Assembly (NCBI GenBank): GCA_964016885.1
Contig: OZ024756.1
Location: 7,130,001-7,194,000 of the forward strand
Origin: Eledone cirrhosa
Lineage: Eukaryota
Direction: 5' to 3'
Length of the DNA stretch: 64,000 bases
A model generated the notes under the pieces. The model saw nothing but the letters and a program-made list of their open reading frames with translations, was not told the origin of the DNA and did no database searches. Position numbers and translations under genes: made by a program. This document shows positions 26,270 through 36,949 of the stretch, in pieces (the stretch's first letter is position 1; each line of letters begins with the position of its first letter).

Positions 26270-27816
26270 TATAAACACATATACATACACACATATACAG
26301 ACTCACATATACAAACACACATATATAGACACACATATACAAACACACATATATACAGACTCAGATTATACAGATGCACATATACAGACACACATATATA
26401 GACACATATATATGGACACACATATATAGACAGACATATACATACACACATATACAGACACACTTATACAGACACACATATACAGACACACACATATACA
26501 GACTCACATATACATACACACATATACGGGGACACACATATACAGACACACACATATAGACACACATATACATACACACATATAGACACACATATACATA
26601 CACACATATACAGACACATATACATACACACATATACATACATACATACATACATATATACAGTCACACACATATACAGACACACATATACAGACACACA
26701 TATACAGACACACATATACAGACACACACTTATACAGACACACACATATACAGACACACATATACAGATGCACATATACAGATGCACATATACAGACACA
26801 CACATATACAGACACACATATACACGGACACACACATATACAGACACACATATATACAGACACACATATACAGATGCAAATATACAGATGCACATATACA
26901 GACACACACATACAGACACACACATATACAAACACACATATACACAGACTCACATTATACAGACACACATATATAGACACACACATATACAGACTCACAT
27001 ATACAGACACACATATACAGACACACACATATACAGACTCACATATACAGACACACACATATACAGACACACACATATACAGACTCACACATATACAGAC
27101 ACACACTTATACAGACACACTTATACAGACATATATACAGACACACACATACAGACACACATATACAAACACACATATACACAGACTCACATTATACAGA
27201 CACACATATATAGACACACACATATACAGACATATATACAGACACACATATATAGACACACACATATACAGACATATATACAGACACACACATATACAGA
27301 CACACATATACGGACACACATATACAGACTTACAAATACACAGACACACACATATATAGACACACATATACAGACACACACATATACAGACACACACATA
27401 TACAGACTCACATATATACAGACTCACATATATACAGACTCACATATATACAGACACACACATACAGACACACACATATACAGACACACACATATACAGA
27501 CACACACGTATACAGACACACATATATACAGACACACACATATACAGACACACATATATAGAGACACACACATATACAGACACACACATATACAAACACA
27601 CACATATACAGACACACATATATACACACACACACAGACACACACATATACAGACACACACATATATGCACACACACATATACAGACACACATATATACA
27701 GACACACATATATATACAGACACACATATACAGACACACACATATATACAGACACACATATATCCAGGCTCACATATACAGACCCACACATATACAGACA
27801 CACATCTACATACATG
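26270..27816. repeat. Complex minisatellite [TATACAGACAC(AC)nA]n
   Basis: Direct reading; source of the HTY/VCV ORFs. Confidence 0.95.
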
Positions 27817-27830
27817 TAGATAGATAGATA

Positions 27831-30800
27831 TGTTTCTTTTATTTGCCACAAGGGCATCAAAAGTGGGACAAGTACAATGGGGGGAGTTTACAAAACAAGG
27901 CGTCCTCAATAGGGAGGAGGCAATAACAATATATAAAAATAAAATAAAATATAACAAAAAATAGAATTATAACAAAATCCTCAATAGAGGATTTTGTTAT
28001 AAAATATAACAAAAAATAAAATTTATAACAAAATCCTCAATAGAGAGGAGGCGCCTTGGGGGGTCGCACACACCCCCGAAAAAAGTGTGCAACCCTTTTC
28101 CTCAGGAGCACAGAGAGGGGGTGCTCCCTCGTTCCTTCCTCTTTTCCACCTACAGGCTCATGTAAAGAGAAGGCCCATTCACACGGGCCATTCTCGCCAC
28201 TTTCACCCACCTTTCATAAAAACGACTGGGGTGCAGCACCTCTCTCTCCATCCTGATCCTTCTTCCGAAATGATATCGGAAGAAACAGACCAGTTGTTGG
28301 CCAGAGAGAAAGGTGCCTGACCTTAGTCCTTTCAGACGCGTCCACCATACAACCTCTTTCGCCATGGCTATTGCGCACAGAAACACCGCCTCTGCTTCAT
28401 CTTTGAAGGGGGGAGGCGGCTTGATCATTACAATAGAATCGGTGGTCAACCGGATCGGTCCCACCCTTGACAGCAGTTGTTCGACACAGCCCCACAGATC
28501 GGCTACGCCCGAGCAGTGTACCAATGCGTGTGCAACGGTTTCCTCGTCGCACACGCATCTGGGACAGATCTTTTTGGCGGGGTCCCTACCCGGGCGCCCG
28601 TGTCTGTAGAGCCTTTCTCGAACGGGTAAAGCTCCTCGGTAGCACTGCCAGGCCAGGGACTTCTGGAAGTTGTCCATAGGTCCCGGGCTGAATGTCCTAC
28701 CGAACAGGCTGGCCAATTCGTCCTCCTCCATGTCTAGGGCTTCTCCGAGGGCGTCGTCGCACCTGCTGCGTACCAGCCCTCTATAGAATGTTGCGGTGGA
28801 GTCTCCACTGATAACCGGATCCGCCTGCCAGAGGGCGGTGAGCGCCTGGGCACACTCAGTGTGCCAGGCGCCCAGTTTTCTCGGTCTTTGCTTGACCCAG
28901 GATTGCAGCTCGGTGAGTGAGACGAGTCTGGGAAAGGTTCGTCTCACAAACGAGGCCCACACCGGTTGTCCGGTGAGGAATACGTAGAGGTGCCGTAGCC
29001 TTAATGCGTGTTTACGCATCATTAGCCACGGCATCCCCAGCCCTCCTTTCGAAGGGTGTTGACAGCAGATGGATCTCCTCACCATAGGAGCCCGCCCCTT
29101 CCAAAGGAATTGGAAGAGCGCGCGCTCCATCTTGGTGAGGGTTTCCCTTGGGCAGGGCACTACGGTCAGGCGGTAGTAGATGACGGACGCTATATAAGTG
29201 TTCGCCACCTCCGCCCGACCTTTCAGGGATAGTATGCAACTGGCCCACTTCTGGGTCAGTGCAAACACCCTGTTCGTAACCTCCGCCCAGTTTTTCTCCA
29301 CCTGGAGGTCCGGTCCGAACCAGACCCCGAGCAACTTCACCGGGCCCTCCGTCCAGCGTCCGACGACGCCATCGGAGGGCATCGGTCTGCCCCTCCACGT
29401 GCCGAGTTGCAAACCGATCGACTTGTCCCGGTTCAGCTTAGCCCCTGTGAACTTTTCGTACTCCTCCAGTAAGGTGCCGACCGCCTCGATTTCGGAGGCC
29501 GTCGACACCATTACTGTCACGTCATCGGCGTAGGCTGACACCGCTTTCCGCAATCCCGGTTCCAAAGGGATGCCCTGCAACAACTCCAACTTCCGCAGTA
29601 GTGGCTCGAGAGTCAACACATACAGAAGGGAGGAGAGAGGGCACCCTTGTCGGATGGACCGCGCGATTTTGAACGGCTCCGAGAGGTAGCCGTTCACCTT
29701 GACCCTAGAGCAGATGCGGCTGCTGTGCATAGCAGTGATCCAGCCCCTGAAAACGGGTCCGAAGCCTGCCGCCGCTAGCACCGCATCCAGGTAACCATGG
29801 TCGACCCTATCGAACGCCTTAGATTGATCCAAGTTGATCAGAGCCCCACCAAAGCCGGGTTCGTTCCCAACCCTCTCTATGATGTATCGCATGAGGTGGA
29901 GGTTGTCATGGATGGACCTGGACGGGATAGCGCATGTCTGCGCATCTCCCACCAGGTTGCCCACGACAAGCGCCAACCTCTTTGCTAGCACCTTGGCCAA
30001 AATCTGTAACTCTGTATTTAGCAGAGTTATGGGCCTGAAGTTACTTATTTCGTCCCCCTTGTTCTCGTCCTTCCTCACTAGCGTGACTACGCCCTTGGTC
30101 ACAGTACAGGGAATTCTCCCGTTCTGTTGCCAGTTGCAGTAGACCGCCTCGAGGAGATCGGGGAACAAGTCCGGCATAGCTAGATATAATTCGTAAGGAA
30201 GACCATCGAGACCCGGGGATTTGCGTTTGCCGCATTGGCCCAGCACGTCCTCTATCTCAGCGGCCGAAATCGGCTCCTCGCAAGACTTCGCCTCCCTGTC
30301 CGAGAGGCGCGGCAGGCCGTCGAGGTATGGACCGAAGTCCACGTTTCCAACCGGCTCCCCGCCCCTCCCGAACAGTCGGGCAAAGTGCCTTTGAAAGGCC
30401 TCACACATCTGCTTAGGCTCAAGAATCGCCCGTCCATCCAGGTCTCGCAAAGATCGGATGGTGGATTTAGTTCCACTGTTGGCCTCTGTCACGCGGGCCC
30501 AGCTAACAGCTTTGGCCCCCTCGTTCCCTAGAGCACGTATTTTACTTCGGACAACGCAGCCTTCGTGCTTCGCGTCGAAAAACTGGCTCAAAGCCGTTCT
30601 CGACGCTAGCACTCTGGCCACGTCGCCGCTTCTAATTGCCTCTTCTACTCTATCTATTAGCTCCCTTTCCTTCCTATTCCTATCCGCAGCTAGAACCTTA
30701 CTAAATTCAATCGAGACTACTCTAATCTCTCTCTTTAGAGATACCCACCACCTGCTGTTGACGATCGCTCCAGTCAACCGTTCCTTAACTAACGTACTAA

Positions 30801-31300
30801 TCCGATTCCTGTAGGCTCTACTTGCCGGCAAGGACAAGTTGAGCTTCCAGTAACCGGGGCCCTGTCTATGCGTTCTATCAAGGTTGACCATGCAGGTCAC
30901 CAACTTGTGGTCTGAATAGCCAACCATGAGCATTTCTGGACAACTTAAAAAGTCCCTGTCCTTATTTCTAACTAAAAATCTATCTAGGTACGATTTAGAT
31001 GATCCGCTGCGATTTGACCAAGACCAGGTTGGCACCGTCGGAAAATCTAGTTGAAATCTATCGGCCAGGTCAAATCGGCCGAGTAACCCCTTGAGGCTGT
31101 TGCACCCCTCTCTATCGGGACATGCCCCTGCATAGTCCCAACGTGCATCCAGGATACCATTCCAATCCCCCACTAAAAGCAGGGAACGGGACGTCCCTAG
31201 AAAAGACTCCAGACGCTGGAAAAAGTCGGGCCGCTCTGTCCCAAAAGGGGCATATGCGGCTATCAGCCTAAGGGCTCTACCTTCACCACTGCCAAGGTCC
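27831..31300 (-). mobile_element. Tx1/L1-clade non-LTR retrotransposon, copy A (5'-truncated inside the endonuclease domain)
   Basis: Open ORF2 plus a 3' UTR ending TTGTGGCAAATAAAAGAAAC; (GATA)n tracts lie on both sides (27817-27830 and 31301-31327). Confidence 0.95.
28150..31299 (-). CDS. ORF2 of Tx1-like copy A: partial APE endonuclease, reverse transcriptase and C-terminal zinc finger; uninterrupted but without its own start
   Basis: APE motifs VGDWN, YLDRF, SDH; GPGYWKLN; KSPGLDGLPYE; FRPITLLN; LDQSKAFDRV; IRQGCPLS; AYADDV; GGLGMP; CPRC-x8-H-x4-C. Confidence 0.9.
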   Translation of the reverse strand, partial: DLGSGEGRALRLIAAYAPFGTERPDFFQRLESFLGTSRSLLLVGDWNGILDARWDYAGACPDREGCNSLKGLLGRFDLADRFQLDFPTVPTWSWSNRSGSSKSYLDRFLVRNKDRDFLSCPEMLMVGYSDHKLVTCMVNLDRTHRQGPGYWKLNLSLPASRAYRNRISTLVKERLTGAIVNSRWWVSLKREIRVVSIEFSKVLAADRNRKERELIDRVEEAIRSGDVARVLASRTALSQFFDAKHEGCVVRSKIRALGNEGAKAVSWARVTEANSGTKSTIRSLRDLDGRAILEPKQMCEAFQRHFARLFGRGGEPVGNVDFGPYLDGLPRLSDREAKSCEEPISAAEIEDVLGQCGKRKSPGLDGLPYELYLAMPDLFPDLLEAVYCNWQQNGRIPCTVTKGVVTLVRKDENKGDEISNFRPITLLNTELQILAKVLAKRLALVVGNLVGDAQTCAIPSRSIHDNLHLMRYIIERVGNEPGFGGALINLDQSKAFDRVDHGYLDAVLAAAGFGPVFRGWITAMHSSRICSRVKVNGYLSEPFKIARSIRQGCPLSSLLYVLTLEPLLRKLELLQGIPLEPGLRKAVSAYADDVTVMVSTASEIEAVGTLLEEYEKFTGAKLNRDKSIGLQLGTWRGRPMPSDGVVGRWTEGPVKLLGVWFGPDLQVEKNWAEVTNRVFALTQKWASCILSLKGRAEVANTYIASVIYYRLTVVPCPRETLTKMERALFQFLWKGRAPMVRRSICCQHPSKGGLGMPWLMMRKHALRLRHLYVFLTGQPVWASFVRRTFPRLVSLTELQSWVKQRPRKLGAWHTECAQALTALWQADPVISGDSTATFYRGLVRSRCDDALGEALDMEEDELASLFGRTFSPGPMDNFQKSLAWQCYRGALPVRERLYRHGRPGRDPAKKICPRCVCDEETVAHALVHCSGVADLWGCVEQLLSRVGPIRLTTDSIVMIKPPPPFKDEAEAVFLCAIAMAKEVVWWTRLKGLRSGTFLSGQQLVCFFRYHFGRRIRMEREVLHPSRFYERWVKVARMARVNGPSLYMSL

Positions 31301-31327
31301 GATAGATAGATAGATAGATAGGTAGAT

Positions 31328-34300
31328 CTCTTTATTTGCCACAAGGGAGCAAAAAGATGGGGACAAAGACAGAATGGGGAGTTTACATACAGTTATATGA
31401 AAATAAAACTATTAATAAAATAAATTGTTTCTACTTTTTGGCACAAGGCCAGCAATTATCCCAGTGCATTACTGGTACTTTATTTTATCGACCTCTATAA
31501 GGATGAAAGGCAAAGTTAACCTCGGCGGGAATTGAACTCAGATCGTAAAGGGACGTAACTATGCTGGAAAACATAATCTATATCATAAAACTATTAATAA
31601 AATAATAAATAACAAATAACATTTAACAATTGAAATCCCCAATAGGGGGAGGCGTTACGCATGGGTTGTAAACACCCCGAAAAAAATGTACAACCCTCAT
31701 CTCCAGGAGCACGAAGAGTGAGCGCTCATTTCCTCTCTTCTTCTTTTTCCTCAACCTGCAGGCTTATATAAAGAGAAGGCCCAAACACTTGGGCCATCCT
31801 TGCCACATTCACCCACCTTTCGTAAAATTTGCTGGGGTGCAGCACCTCCCTCTCCACTCTGATTCTTCTTCTAAAATGATATTTGAAGAAGCGAACCAGT
31901 TGTTCTCAGGAGAGAAAGGTGTCTGACCTCAGCCTTTTCAGTCTCGTCCACCATATAGCCTCTTTCACCATAGCCATTGCACAGGGGAAAACCGCCTCTC
32001 CTTTGTTTTTGAAGGAAGGTGGTGGTTTCATCGTAATAATGGACTCGGTGGTCAACCGGATTTGTCCCACTCGTGACAGTAGTCGTTCTGCGTAGGTCCA
32101 CAGGTCGGTAACGCCAGAGCAGTGTACGAATACGTGCGCGACGGTTTCCTCGTCCCGCACGCATCTCGGACAGATCTTTTTAGAGTGATTCCTGCCCGGG
32201 CGCCCGTGTCTGTAGAGCTTGTCCCGAACGGATAAAGCTCCCCGGTAACACTGCCAGGCCAGGGACTTTTTGAAGTTGTCCATCGGTCCAGGGCGGAATA
32301 TCCTACCGAACAGACTGGCCAGCTCGTCTTCCTCTACGCCCAGAGTTTCTCCGAGAGTGTCGTCGCACTTGCTGCGGACTAACCCTTTATTCAATGACGA
32401 GGTGGAGTATCCACTGATCGCCGGGTCCGTTTGCCAGAGGACTGTGAGCACGTGAACACATTCAATATGCCAGTCGCCCATTTTCCTCGGTCTTTGCTTA
32501 ACCCAAAACTGCAGCTCAGAGACGAGTCGTAGCAAGGCTCGCCTCACGAACGGGACCCACACCGGTTGTTCGGTGAGGAATACGTGGAGGTGCCGTAGCC
32601 TGAGTGGCTGCTTCCGCATCGTCAGCCACGGCATCCCCAGCCCTCCGTTTGAAGGGTGTTGACAGCAGATGGATCTTCTCACCAAAGTAGCCCGCTTCTT
32701 CAAAGGAAATGGAAGAGCGCGCGCTCCATTTTGGTGAGCGTTTTACTTGGACAAGGCACGACGGTCAAGCGGTAGTAGATGACAACGCTATGAAAGCGGG
32801 CGCAAACACCTTGGCCGTCACCTCGTTCCAGTTTTTCTCCACCTGGAGGTCCTGTCCGAACCAGACCCCAAACAGCTTCACCGGTCCCCCCGTCCAGCGT
32901 CTGACGACGCTGTCCAAAGGCCTCGGTTTGCATCTCCTCGATCCGAGTTGTAAACCGACGGACTTGTCCCTGTTCAGCTTCGCTCCTGTGAACCTTTCGT
33001 ATTCCTTCAGTAAGGTGCCGACTTCCCCGATTTGGGAGGTGCTCGACACTGTTACTGTCAAGTCGTCGGCGTAGGCCGACGCCGCTTTTCCTAGTCCCGG
33101 TTCCAACAGCATGCCCTGAAGCATCTCCAACTTCCGCAGTAGTGGCTCGAGAGTCAGTACGTACAGAAGGGAGGAGAGAGGGCATCCCTATCGGATGGAT
33201 CGCGTGATTTCAACGGCTCCAAGAGGTAGCCATTCATCTTGATCCTTGAGCAGATGTTGCTGCTGTGTATGGCAGCAATCCAGCCCCTGAAAACGTGTCC
33301 GAAGCCTGCCGCCGCGAGCACCGCATCCAGGTAACGATGGTCGACTCTATCGAATGCCTTAGACTAATCCGAATTTATCAGTGCCCCACGGAAGCCAGGT
33401 TAACACGCCACCCTCTCTACGATGTATCCCATGAGGTGTAGGTTGTCGTGTATGGACCTCGTCGGTATTGCGCATGTCTGCGCTTCTCCCACCAGGTTTT
33501 CGACAAGCGCCAGCCTCTTTGCTAACACCTTGGCCAAAATCTGTAACACTGTGTTTAGAAGAGTTATGGGCCTGAAGTTATTAATGCCGTCCCCAATGTT
33601 CTCTTCCTTCCTGACTACGCCCTTGGTCACAGAACTGGAAATTCTCCCGTTTTGCTGCCAGTTACAGTAGACCGCTTCCAGGACACCGGAGAACAAGTCC
33701 GGCATTTCTACGTAAAATTCGTAGGGTCGACCGTTGAGACCTGGCAATTTGCGTTTGCCGCATTGGCTCAGCGCGTCCTCCGTCTCAGCGGCCGAAATCG
33801 GCCTTCCGCAGAATTTCGCTTCCCCGTCCGAGAGTCGCGTCAGGTCGTTGAGGTATGGACCAAAATCTATAGCCCCTCCCGGCGGGCCACCCTGCCCGAA
33901 CAGTTGTGCAAAGTGCCGCTGAAAGGCTGCGCACATCTGCTTTGGTTCAAGTATCACGCGTCCGTCTTGGTCCTTCAAAGACCGAATTATGGACTTGTTG
34001 CCACTTTTCACCTCTGTCACTCGGGCGCAGCTAACACATTTGGCTCCCTCATTTCCCAGAGTACGAGTTTTACTACTGAGAACGCAGCCTTCATGCTTTG
34101 CGCCGAAGAACTGGTTCAGGGACGTTCTTGTCGCTAACACGTTGGCTACGCTGCCACACCTAATCGCCTCTTCTACTTTATCTTTATCTACCAGTTCATT
34201 TTCAGTATTATTCCTATCTAACGCTAGTTCTTTACTAAAGCCTATCGATTCTAATCTAATTGCTCTCTTAAGAGAGCACCACCACCTGTTGTTGACAATT

Positions 34301-34938
34301 ACCCCCGTCAACTGCTGCTTAACTAAAGTGCTAATCCGACTAATGTATGCTTTACGTGTCGGTAACGACAGGTTCAGCTTCCAGTAGCCGGGTCCCTGCC
34401 TATTGGTTCCATCAAGGTTGACTACGCAGTTCACTAGTTTGTGATTTGAATAGGCAACCATGAACATGTGTGGACAGCTTAATATGTCCCTATCTCTATC
34501 TCTAATTAGAAACCTATCTAAGTACGATCTAGATGTCCCGCTACGGTTCGTCAACGTCCACAGTGGCGCAGTCGGGAAATCTAGTCGGTATCTATCAGCA
34601 AGTTGAAATCGGCCGATTAACTGTTTGAGGCTGTTACACCCCTTCTATTGGGACATTCTCCCACATAATCCCAACGTGCATCTAGGATTACATTCCAGCC
34701 CCCCACTAAAAGCAAGGAGCGGGACGTTTCCAGAAAAGTCTCCAGACGCTTGAAGAGGTCTGGCCGCGATGTTCCGGATGGCGCATACACGGCCACCAGT
34801 CTGAAGGCTCCACCTTCACTACTGCTGACGTCTAGGACCACCAGTCGACCCTTCGGTCCAGATGTACCGTCTGTGTCAAGAGGTCCAGGTGTTTCGGCAG
34901 AAAATCAGCAACCCCGTCCCCACTTCCCGGCTGACAGA
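31328..34938 (-). mobile_element. Tx1-like copy B (5'-truncated, frameshifted ORF2)
   Basis: ORF pieces 34617-34841, 33400-34554, 32765-33130 and 31906-32703 are collinear with copy A ORF2; same 3' terminus; GATA tract at 34939-34970. Confidence 0.93.
31424..31575 (-). mobile_element. 5'-truncated SINE inserted in the 3' UTR of copy B with a 21-bp TSD
   Basis: ATAAAACTATTAATAAAATAA at 31403-31423 and 31585-31605 flanks the SINE body. Confidence 0.9.
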
Positions 34939-34970
34939 GATAGATAAATAGTGAGATAGATCGATAGATA

Positions 34971-36663
34971 TATTTCTTTATTTGCCACAAGGACGCACAA
35001 GAAAAGGGGACAATACAATGACACATGCGGCGATTTTACATACAGTCGTGTAAAAATATTGAAACAAACAATTATAACAATCGAAATCCTCAATAGTGGG
35101 GAGGCGCCACAAATGGGTTGTTTAATACCCCGTCGATAGAACAACCCTCAACTTCAGAAGCGTGTTGTGCAAGTGCTCCTTTCTTTCTTTTTCTCTCTTC
35201 TTTAACCTACAGGCTTATAAACAGAGAAGGCCCAATCACTCGGGCCATTTTCGCTTCATTCACCCACTTTTCAGTAAATTTACTGGGGTGCAGTGCCTCT
35301 CTCTTTACTCTGATTCTCCTTCTAAAGTGATACTTAACGAAGGGCATCTGAAAGGCATCTGTCCTCAGTCCTCTCAATCTCGTCCACCATATAACCTATT
35401 TCACCATAGCCACTATACATAGGAAAACCACCTCTTTCGTTTTTGAAAGAGGCTGGTGGTTTTATCCTTACTATGAACTCGGCAGTCAACTGGATTTGTC
35501 CCATACGCGACAGCAGTTGTTCTGCATAGTTCCACAGGTCAGTTACGCCCGGGCAGTGTACAACTGCGTGCAAGACGGTTTCAATGACCTGCTTGCATCT
35601 TGAACACGTCCTCTTGGAAGGATGCCTGCCGAGGCGTCCGTGCCTGTAGATTTTGTCTCGAAGGTGTAGAGCACCTCGGTAGCACTGCCAGGCCATTTCC
35701 GAGCACGTCGTCGCACTCGTAAAATAGTAACCCTCTATAGAATGTCGAAGTGGAGTCTCCACTGGTTGCTGTGCCCGCTTGACAGAGGACTATGAGCGCC
35801 CGGGCACATTCAATGTGCCAGGCGCACATCTTCTTCGGTCTTCGCTTGACCCAGGACTGCAGCTCCGTCAGCGAGACAAGTTGTGGGAAGGCCTGTCTCA
35901 CAAACCGTTCCCACACCGGTTGGTCGGTGAGGAATACCTGGAGATGCCGTAGCCTCAGTGCATGTTTGCGCATAATTAGCCACAGACCCAGCCCTCCGTT
36001 GGAAGGGTGTTGACAGCAGACGGATCTCCTCACCAGTAGAGCTTGCTTCTTCCACAGGAACTGGAAGAGCATGCGTTCTATCTTGGTGAGATATTCACGG
36101 GGACAAGGCACGACAGTCAAGTGGTAGTAGATGACAGACGCTATGAAAATATTCGCCACCTCCGCTCGACCTTTTAAAGACAGCTTGCACTCTGCTGACT
36201 TCTGGGTGAGCGCAAATACCTTGACTATGACCTCGTTCCAGATTTTCTCCAACTGGAGTTCTGGACCGTACCAGACCCTGACCAATTTCAGCGGTCCTTC
36301 CGTCCAGCGTCCGACGACGCTGTCGGACGGCATCGGTTTGCCTCTCCACGTTCCGAGTTGCAAACCGACAGACTTATCCGGGTTTAGTTTTGCTCCGGTG
36401 AAACTTTCGTATTCCTGTAGTAGGTTGCCGATTACCCTGATTTCTGAGGTTTTCGACGCCATTACCGTCACGTCGTCAGCATAAGCCGACGCCGCTTTTC
36501 ACAGTCCCGGTTCTAAAGGGATTCCCTGCAAATGCTCCAACTTCCGCAGTAGTTGCTCTAGAATCAGTACGTACAGAATGGAGGAGAGAGGGCATCCCTT
36601 TCGAATGGAACCCGTGATTGCGAACGGCTCCGATAGGTAGCCGTTCAAGTTGACCCTAGAGCA
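34971..36663 (-). mobile_element. Tx1-like copy C (truncated within the RT domain, decayed)
   Basis: ORF pieces 35581-36471 and 35334-35762 are homologous to the C-terminal half of ORF2; conserved 3' end; GATA tract at ~36663-36711. Confidence 0.93.
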
Positions 36664-36949
36664 GATAGATAGATAGTGAGATAGAAACAGATATAGATAG
36701 ATACATAGATAACTTTCTATTTATTTGCCACCAGGGCATCAAAGATTGGGACAAATACAAGGGGGGTGGAGTTTACATACATTTCAAAGGACATGTAAAA
36801 CATATAACAAATAAAATTCAACAATCGATGTCCTCAATAGGGAGGGGGTGTTGACGTGGGTCGCACACACCCCCGAAAAAAATGTGCAACGCTCCTCCTC
36901 AGGAGCACAAAGAGCGGGTGCTCCCTTCCTCCCCTCTTTATTCTCCTCT

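Noticed and set aside
31300-31344. N-terminus MWQIKRSTYLSIYLS of the 1064-aa ORF as a real start
   Set aside because: It is read from copy B's 3' tail and the GATA tract using a non-ATG start; the real APE N-terminus (seen in copy D) is missing.
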